Shown one piece after another: positions 51,439 to 60,000 of a DNA stretch of 60,000 bases. The notes beneath the pieces are model-generated. The model ran no database searches. It saw only the letters and a program-made list of their open reading frames with translations, and had not been told where the DNA came from. The stretch covers positions 26,042,001 through 26,102,000 of the forward strand of contig CM075988.1 of the NCBI GenBank assembly GCA_038087875.1, read 5' to 3'. A program made the translations under genes and the position numbers. Position 1 is the first letter of the stretch. The number at the start of each line of letters is the position of its first letter. Source of the stretch: Malacoraja senta (taxonomy: Eukaryota).

Positions 51439-52342
51439 GTAATTCATTTACTTGACTACTGTTGACTTTTCGCGCTTCATTTCCTCCTCTGTCCTTTCTT
51501 AGTCCATGCCTACACTTTGCAACGAGTCCTGCAGTTGACCCAAGTCCCACACAGCCAGCTACCTCTATCCGGCCTGACACCGTCCCTGTCACTCTCTCTC
51601 TTGTGCTTGCTGATCTCTAACTGCCTGCCAGCTGGCAGTGCCTGGTGTTTACAGACCACTCTCTAGTTTTCAAAATCCATCTGAGATCTCCCGACTTTTC
51701 TTGAGCATCCCTGAAGTTGATGTCTCTACCACAGAGTAGCTGGAGGTAACTTGTGGACTTGCACAGAGAACGTGCAAACTCCACATGGGCAGCAGTGGTG
51801 GTCAGGGTCAAAGGGGGCCTCCAGAACCTGTGAGGACACAACTCTACCAGCTGAACCTCTCTCTACATCGACCTGACACTTGTGTCTGGCGATCACTGGA
51901 CTGTCCTGGTATGGTATCTGTTCACAAAACACAGAGAAAACAAATTAATGTTCATCCCAGCCCCAATGATCTGATCCTTACTTGGGACACAAGGACCCTT
52001 GTTAGAGCCCATGTTAGAGTGCAGTGAGAAGATAACTGACCATGGACCACTGACCAAGGCCATGGAGATCGATGTAGCAGGTAAACTCAGCGACTGACCC
52101 TCCACCAAAGTTAGATACAAAATGCTGGAGTAACTCAGCGGGACAGGCAGCCTCTCTGGGAGAGAAGGAATGGGTGACGTTTCAGGTTGAGACCCTTCTT
52201 CACACTGAGAGTCAGGGGAGAGGGAGACGAGAGATATAGACGGTGATGTAGATGGTGACTATCCCTCCACCACCCATTAAAGTGACACAGACTCCAGTGC
52301 GTACTGCTTCCCATAACACTCTTGTGTGTTTTGTCACTGCAG

Positions 52343-52461
52343 CGACTCCACAAATGTTAAATGTGATGAAGCACACATTCCCAGAGAGAGCATCTCGCTC
52401 CAGTCCAACCTGCACCTGGGTCACAATCAGGATGTTCACGGCCTCAACCAGCCCCTCGCAG
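52343..52461 (+). CDS. TMEM25: TMEM25 cytoplasmic exon
   Basis: Encodes SDSTNVKCDEAHIPRESISLQSNLHL, similar to TMEM25 SDSNNLKL..LPRENMSLPSNLQL. G|gtaagc donor. Confidence 0.9.
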
Positions 52462-53055
52462 GTAAGCTGAAGATTGCCCCATCTCCCCTGACCTCTGTCT
52501 GTCTACATGGCCTAAAGGATCTAGTAAAAGTGGGGATATTGTGTAGTTCTGGGCTTTGGAAGGTGCCCGCATGGAGGAGCTCGGCTTGCCAGAGCCTCGG
52601 AGGAGGAAAGAGACTCGGAGAGAAAAACTAAAAAAATGCTCGGCAACACTCGGCAGGTCAGGCAGCATCTGTGGAAAGAAAAGCAAAGTTAACGCTTCTG
52701 AATGATGATCCTCGATCAGCCCTGGAAAAGTGGGAACACAATGATAGCTTTAAGTTGTGGTGAAGGCTAGATAATAAAGAGTGGAGATCCAGACGCACTC
52801 AGAGACCTGGAGTGTTGTTGCACTGTTGCCAATGACGGGGAGAGGAGAGATCATGAGGAGATTTGAACCCAAGGATATTGGATAGAAATACAAAGGCATT
52901 GTTGGATTGACCAGTAAAGGCTGGAGGAGGGGTGAACGAGGTTGGATGTTTATAACGGCTTGGGTTCACTCTCTTCAACAAGAACGCAAGTGTGAGTACA
53001 ATTCTTATTTGGAGTTTCTGGGTGGTTGCTAACTGCTTCACGCTTTCACTTGTAG

Positions 53056-53148
53056 AGACCGATGAAGGGTCGAAGCATCTGTCTGACCACCAGGCAGCGG
53101 GCAGTGATCTGTCTGGTCAGGAAAATGCTGCAGACACAGACCCGAAAG
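53056..53148 (+). CDS. TMEM25: TMEM25 cytoplasmic exon
   Basis: ttcacttgtAG acceptor and AAG|gtaaat donor. 93 nt, phase 1-1, open frame. Weak sequence conservation. Confidence 0.75.
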
Positions 53149-53285
53149 GTAAATGGTTACGTACGTACACCCCCACCCCCTCCCCCAGTCCCACCCCCCC
53201 ACCCCCTCCCCCAGTCCCACCTAGCCGAGAATCAGTGTCGAGGGTTCACGCTTTCAAGAGACAAATTAATTTATTCAAATCATCG

Positions 53286-53680
53286 ATTTCTTCCCTGGAG
53301 CACAGGAGGATGAGGGTGACCTTATGGAGGTATATAAAATCAGGAGGGGATTAGATCGGGTAGACGCACAGAGTCTCTTGCCCAGAGTAGGGGAATCAAG
53401 GACCACAGGACATAGGCTTAAAATGAAGGGGAAAAGATTTAATTGGAATCTGAGGGGGTCACATTTTCACACAGAGGGAGGTGGGTGTATGGAACGAGCT
53501 GCCAGAGGAGGTAGTTGAGGCTGGGACTATCCCAACATTTAAGAAACAGTTGGACAGGTGCATGGATAGGACAGGTTTGGAGAGATATGGGCCAACCGCA
53601 GGCAGGTGGGACACGTTGGTTGGTGTGGGGAAGTTGGGCTGAAGGGCCTGTGTCCGTGCTGTATCACTCTATGACGCTAT
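53286..53680 (+). mobile_element. CR1-type LINE 3' fragment (second subfamily)
   Basis: Encodes EVYKIRRGLDRVDAQSLLPRVGESRTTGHRLKMKGKRF, with tail gggctgaagggcctgtgtccgtgctgtatcactctatgac. Confidence 0.88.
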
Positions 53681-54704
53681 GAGGGTTGACGGAGGGTATC
53701 AGCCTCAGCGTGCGTGTGTGAACTCAATCAGTGTGTGAACAGAAGCTCACTTCTAGGGAATGGATTAATATTTACACAACAGTACCTGGACGTGTGCTAA
53801 CATTTATGTGCGTTCTCTGCAGTGGTTAATATTTAAAAGGTTTCTCCAGCAGTGTTTATATTTACTGGAGGTCCTTGCGAGTGTGTTCATATTTTATACA
53901 TGTTGCTATGTGTGTTGGTAGATACAGGAGACCTCCTGTAGTGTTTCATTGTCTCCCAGAGTATGTTAACATTAATGGAAGAGACATCCATGGGAATAAT
54001 AACAGGGCATAGAAACATAGGTGCAGGAGGAGGCCATTCGGCCCTTCGAGCCAGCACCGCCATTCACTGTGATCATGGCTGATCATCCACAATCAGTAAC
54101 CCATGCCTGCCTTCTCCCCATATCCCTTGATTCTGCGAGCCCCGAGCACCTTTGATAATATTAGCAAAGTCCCAGGCAGTGTAATAATATTGATTGGGAA
54201 TCACTTCGGGAGTGTATTAGTATTTAAAGGAACAAGTGAAGATGTGTACATGTATAAGGTGTTTTGCCTGGAGATCTGCTTCAATGGTAAACTGCAATAC
54301 TGACTTCGTTGGGTGAAAATCAAAAATATTCTTCTGGGGAAAAAAACCTCGTACATCCATGCTTCCGTTGGAGGCAGCACCGTGGTGCAGTGCTAGAGGT
54401 ACTACCTTACAGCGCCAGTGACCCGGGTTCGATCCTGACAATGGGTGCTGTCTGTACGGAGTTTGTATGTTTGCCCCATTTTTTCCAGGAGCTTCTGTTT
54501 CCTCCCACACTCCAAAGACGTACAGGTTTGTAGGTTAGTTGACTTCTGTACGTTGTCCCTAGTGCGTGGAGTAGTGCTAGCGTTAGTGTGATCGCTGGTC
54601 GGCACAGACTCGGTGGGCCGAAGGGCCTGTATCTCTAAATTAAACTAAACACAGTGACTTGTGCGGGTTGATCACGGACTTGTGTTTCTGTCTTCTTGCT
54701 GCAG

Positions 54705-54778
54705 GATTCCATCATTTTCCAATGTCCGGATATCTCTACAAAGTCTCCAGTTTGAGCAGTGATGAGATCTGGCTTTAG
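54705..54778 (+). CDS. TMEM25: TMEM25 last coding exon
   Basis: Encodes GFHHFPMSGYLYKVSSLSSDEIWL followed by TAG, matching the conserved TMEM25 C-terminus SSDEIWL. Summed CDS is 1125 nt (374 aa). Confidence 0.96.
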
Positions 54779-55355
54779 TACCACGGGTCATTTGGTCACG
54801 GTCTGAAGGACAAAGGCCTTCCATGAATGTGGGGACGCGTACAGCCCCAACATCCAGTGATACAGAACTCAGAGCAGGATTACAACGTGCAACCTTATAC
54901 CCCAACCTGCAAACCTCCTGGTGGTGCCTTGGAATGACTGGACGGTCGGTTAAAGCACATAAAGAAGTCCGGGGCACAGTTATTCACTGAAGCAACAGCA
55001 GGCACTTTGGGTGAGGTTGCTCCCCTGTCCATTTTGAGCAGAAATTTAGATTTACAGTATTAAACCCTGTCGACGGGCCTTCATCTTGCGACAGTTTGAA
55101 TGTACTTCCCAATTAATCTCAGTCCTGCCCCAATTTAGTTCCCAAAGCTGAGATCCATATTCTGCACTTTCTGTATCATTCTCTTTGCTTTACCTTTTGT
55201 ACGAGTTTGACTTGATGTGGTGTTGCAGTAAGCCCTCGTTATAGGGGACCGTAGGGAGGGGAATGGTCCGTGATTGCTGATGTCCTCTATAACTGAGTGA
55301 GGGATTATCATTGTGTAAGTAGCAGCTACATGCAACGGCAGCTGCTGGTTAATGC

Positions 55356-55700
55356 ACAAAGTGCCGGAGTAACTCAGCGGGTCAGGCAGCATCTGTGGAG
55401 AACATGGATAGGTGACGTTTCACAGAGTGCTGGAGTAACTCAGCGGGTCAGGCAGCATCTGTGGAGCGAAGGAAATGGGCAACCTTTCGGGCCGAAACCC
55501 TGAAGGAAATAGGCAACGTTTCGGGCCGAAACCCGGAAGGGTTTCGGGCCGAAACGTTGCCTATTTCCTTCGCTCCATAGATGCTGCCGGAACATGGATA
55601 GGTGACGTTTCACAGAGTGCTGGAGTAACTCAGCGGGTCAGGCAGCATCTGTGGAGAACATGGATAGGTGACGTTTTTGGGTCGGGACCTTTCTTCAGAC
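55356..55700 (-). repeat. Second, inverted copy of the 66-bp-unit and fold-back composite
   Basis: 55451-55588 is the near-exact reverse complement of 36397-36534, flanked by 66-bp units. Confidence 0.92.
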
Positions 55701-58700
55701 TCGGTCTGGTCCTGGGGCCTGGAATCAAGGTGAGTTGCCGGCCCCGGCTTGCTGGTGGTCGGTCGGGGGGGGGGGGGGGGAGGGAGAGGTGAGGATGGGC
55801 GGAGTCGATGGTGGCGGCCCACATGCGGCTGGAGTGCAGGTGAGGGTCAGTGGTGGGGGGGGGGAGGGCGATGGAGGCAGGAGCGGCCTGAAAGTGACCA
55901 AGTAGGCTGTGTGGGCTGGCATGGTGGCAGTAGGTGTGTCCAGGTGGCGGCACTGGCCTGGGGTAGCGGGTGCTGCAAGCGGCCGGAGAGGCAGCTGTCG
56001 GTAGGTAAGTCCGCGATAACCAACATCCATCATTCAGAGGTCCATTAATACAAGGGTTTACTGTATCTGATTGAATATCACACAAAGCGTTTCACTGTAC
56101 ATGTGACAATAACAAACCTAAACTCTGTCCTGGTTTCCCCCCAAAAAAGGTTTGCAAATGACACTACATTCATGTACATAACCCAGATGCCTTTTAAAAA
56201 AAATAGTTGTCAGTGAATCTGTTCCCACACCTTCTTTAAGAAAGTATTTTGAGGATCACGATTGATTGCAAAATAAATACCAAGTCTCCCAATCATCACT
56301 TATAGAGTCATAGAGTCACACAACGTGTAACCAGGCCCTTCGGCCCAACTTGCCCATGCCGACCGTGCTACATCTGTGTGCGTTGGTTGCTGGCTCTTGT
56401 GCCTGTGGATGCGGCAGCTTCCTGCCAGCTCCATGATCCGTGGTTCTCATCTCCTCTCTGCATCTCTAAGGCCTTGACCACAAGAAAGTATTCTTGTTTT
56501 CTTTAAGCACATTTACTAGGTTTTTATAAAAACACAATGGCAAAGTGCTGGAGTAACTCAGCGGGACAGGCAGCATCTCTGGAGAGAGGGAATGGGTGAC
56601 GTTCTGGGGCGAGACCCTTCTTCAGACTGGTGTGAGGGGTTCCCCCATCGAATGACCCGATCACAAACACTCTGTGAGGTTCACAGTGCGTTCCCTCTAT
56701 AGAATAATGTTGTAGATCGCCGTCAGCAACGTTCTGTGTTCTCACCTTTTATCCTCAGTGACAGAAAATATTTCCAAATCTGTCTTTCAAAAGTCAACAT
56801 TTTTTTGCATTCCTTAGTACATATTTTTCTACATTTTTATGTACATTTTCTCTTGGCAGGAAGAATGCTTTTAGTAGAGGGGAGTGTAGCACTGTCAAAT
56901 TGTATGTTATAGTTCATTCTTAGGATGTGGGCATTTATTGGCTGGCCTTAATGTCTCTGAGAACATGGTGGGGAGCCGACTTAATTCACCACACTCCACG
57001 TGTGTAGAGAGAGTGGAGCGTTCATGCCAAAATGTTCAGAGCAAGCGATGGCAGCAGATCCAACACTTACAGATCACGTCTGAAAACATCAAGACATGCA
57101 AAGTGCTTGGCTGGATTTGGTGGCAATGAAGATGTTTGTGTTGACCCTGCCTGGAGCTACCCTGGACCTCATAAACGTTCTAGTAGAGAGCTAGCTGAAA
57201 TATTGGGGACCAGGGGAGTGCTGATGTTAGATTAGAACTCCGTACGTACTGGTCAGTAGAATCTTGTCTATCGAACCGTGGAAGGTAGGAAGGACACATT
57301 TGAGAGACCCTGGGAAAGACAAGCCTGGATTCGGAAATTGAGATGACCCTATTGGAGATACAAGGCGATGCAATGAAGCTTTGGAGAAACAGCACAGAAA
57401 CTTTCTGAAGGCCGCTGGCTAGAGTGGTTTTATTAACTCGGGAGAGAGATGGGTGTTGGAAGTGAGAAAGGTTCATCATTTAACAGTTGTGTTCCAGAAG
57501 AATTAAATCACTCAGCCCTCGGGACGCTGGCCACACCAGCAGAGCACAGACTAAAGACAAGCACAAGGGGAAAGCCCTGTGGACGCCATGCAACTTATAC
57601 CCAGTGTCTGAGAGAGAGGCAGGGCTCAGAGGAACACTGGAGTTTAGAAACTGGGAAAGGGTTTGAGGGACTGGGCAGAGATTGTGGGAAGGGAGAAGTT
57701 TAAGGTGGAAGGCTTTGAGGAGATGGGACAGGTGAAAGATGGGAATATTTAGCGGGGAACAGGAAGAAAGTCGGAGGTTGTAGATGACATAGGAAGGGGA
57801 ACAATGGCCGTCCCTGATATTGTTCTCCATAAACCACTTTTGCTTTTTGATATTCAGCGGACGAAGGATGTTTCTGATTGACAATGAATGTGCTGGGAAT
57901 GTATGTTAATGAAGCGCATGCAATATTACAGCAGGTCTAATGCTGATGCGAAACAATTGATAGATATGCTTAAGGTGCTGCCATTTACTGTATTCATATT
58001 GTTTAATAATGCAAGATTATATCTCTGTTTTATATAGATATATATATATTAAATTAAAACATGATGCTGTGAATCTGGTAATACTTCGGTAAATAGATCT
58101 CAAAACTCGATCAGCCATGGTCGGATGGTGGAGTAGACTCAACGGGCCGAATGGCCTTATTCTGCTCCCGTGTCTTATGGTCATGATATAATTAAACATA
58201 TATAATAATGTCACAAACCACCCCCATCCATAATATTTCAAGCATTCAGCAGATGTGTAGGGGATAGTGGCTGCTTTGTTAATATGTCTCATGTAACAAA
58301 GATTGAAACGACAGCTGGACACAGTGCTGGAGTAACTCAGCGGGTCAGGCAGCATCTGTGGAGAAAAGGAATAGGTGATGTTTCGGGACGAGATCCTTCT
58401 TCAGACTGATAGATATGTGTGTGTGTGGGGGGGGGGGGGGGGTGGGGGAAGGTGGGGAACCAAAGATCCAAAAGCTGCAAGATCAGGGTCAGTCCCAGGA
58501 TATATATATTTCTTACAATATACATTGTTGGCCAACAACATTTAAATCTCTAAACTACCTTTAACATCGACGCGTGTTTCTATCTGCACTGCAGGAATGT
58601 TAATTTTAAAAGCTCGTAGGTCACAGAGACATAGAGCACTTGGGAGCCAGAGCACGCTCTGCCGGGAGTTTTGGTGGTGCCCTTTATATGGGGACTCTTT

Positions 58701-59242
58701 GCATACCTTGGTTATGCAAAACAAAGAATATCACTGTGACCTGTCACATGTGACAAAGCATTCATTCATTCATTCATTCATTCGAGGGGCTGCAGTGCAA
58801 TGGCAGGGGGCCGATGGAGAACATCTCGGTGAGCTACTGGTGGAGCGTGGTGGTGACACCGGCACTGGTCAAGGTTTCAACAGCTGGAGAGGTGAAGCAA
58901 CAACTCTACTGAGTGTTACAGTGGGGCCACAGAGAAAAGTGGAGAATCTTCGTAGTGGCTTGAATTTGAAGTCCTAGTTTTATCTTGAGTGTGCCACAAA
59001 GACCATGAACACCTTGCCTCAGCTTTAGATAGATTTGGAGCAGGGGTGGAGATCCTGGTTGGTAATCGGAGGTTGCCGACAGTCTCTCAGTCACCAGGTT
59101 GAACCAAGGACAGTGCAGTCTAATTGTTATTAATGAACAATGTTCTCCTTGTGTATTGGGCAATAAAAGAATATTAAAAGTATTTGGGGTTATTGAAAAT
59201 AAACTCGCTTTGACATTCGATTAAAACAACTAATGGTTTCTG

Positions 59243-59411
59243 GGTAGACAAAAGTGCTGGAGAAACTCAGTGGGTGCGGCAGCATCTATGGAGCGAAGGA
59301 AATAGGCAACGTTTTGGGTCGAAACCCTTCTTCAGACCGAAACTTTGCCTATTTCCTTCGCTCCATAGATGCTGCTTCACCCGCTGAGTTTCTCCAGCAT
59401 TTTTGTCTACC
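59243..59411. repeat. ~170-bp palindrome of two head-to-head hammerhead-element copies
   Basis: ggtagacaaaagtgctggagaaactcag...cccttcttcagaccgaaac...ctgagtttctccagcatttttgtctacc. Confidence 0.9.
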
Positions 59412-60000
59412 TTCGATTTTCCAGCATCTGCAGTTCCTTCTTAGTTTCCTCCTAGTTTCTGGGGTGGACTGTGTTATTTCATTTTCACTTTGAAGCCTGT
59501 TTTGTGTGAATTCACTCTAAATTCTACCCCTTGGACTGGCATCTATCGTGCAGGTACTCAGGTGAGGAGTCACTGACTCGTAAATACCTGTTGTACCAAA
59601 TATCACCATGAGAGGGTACCCTGGGTCCAAACGCATCAACTCCAATTGCATCAGTTGCTTCACACAATGTATGCCCCCAAATTGGATCTATTTATATATA
59701 CGTTGACACACCTGTTTGGCACACCTGAATTGTGCTGGTGCCGAGCTCGTCCCTTCTCCCCTAGACGGAGCAAAGATAGAGTTCTCCTGGTCCTCGCCTG
59801 TCACCCCACCAGCCTCCGCATCCAATGGACCATCTTCCCACATTTCTGTCACCTCCAGCGTGGTCCCACCACTTGCCACATCTTCCCATCTTCCCCCCTT
59901 CCTGCAGAAACCACTCCCTCCACATCTCCTTGGTTCACTCATACCTTGACTCAAGACTGTTAAGGGCTTGGACACGCAAGAGGCAGGAAACATGTTCCCG

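Noticed and set aside
56700..60000. Terminal exons of IFT46 or a displaced TTC36 downstream of TMEM25
   Set aside because: None of the ORFs or frames I could read there resembles either protein; they may lie beyond the window.

Overview
Eukaryotic (vertebrate) genomic DNA, most likely from a cartilaginous fish such as a skate or ray; this is inferred from the repeat families and protein divergence. The window holds two intron-containing genes on the + strand. The first is the 3' half of KMT2A/MLL1: 12 coding exons at 283-26984 covering the end of FYRN, a 4.5-kb exon with both Taspase1 sites and the CBP-binding TAD, FYRC, the Win motif and SET/post-SET, then a probable ~6.5-kb 3' UTR. The second is a complete TMEM25 coding sequence (8 coding exons, 41161-54778, 374 aa). 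A 200-N assembly gap (35596-35795) lies between them, where mammals have TTC36. Introns and intergenic DNA carry a decayed Penelope-like retroelement (RT + GIY-YIG), CR1 LINE 3' fragments, tRNA-derived V-SINEs, L2-like tails and Tc1- and Harbinger-like MITEs. There are two main observations. (a) The disordered region of this KMT2A contains a CCHC zinc-finger motif that I do not recognise from human KMT2A. (b) About 20 copies of a ~140-bp non-coding Penelope-derived element built around a minimal hammerhead ribozyme occur as single insertions (one with a TSD), tandem arrays, palindromes and a rearranged fold-back composite present twice in inverted orientation around TMEM25. Repeat boundaries are approximate. 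Exon boundaries were read from AG/GT sites and frame continuity.
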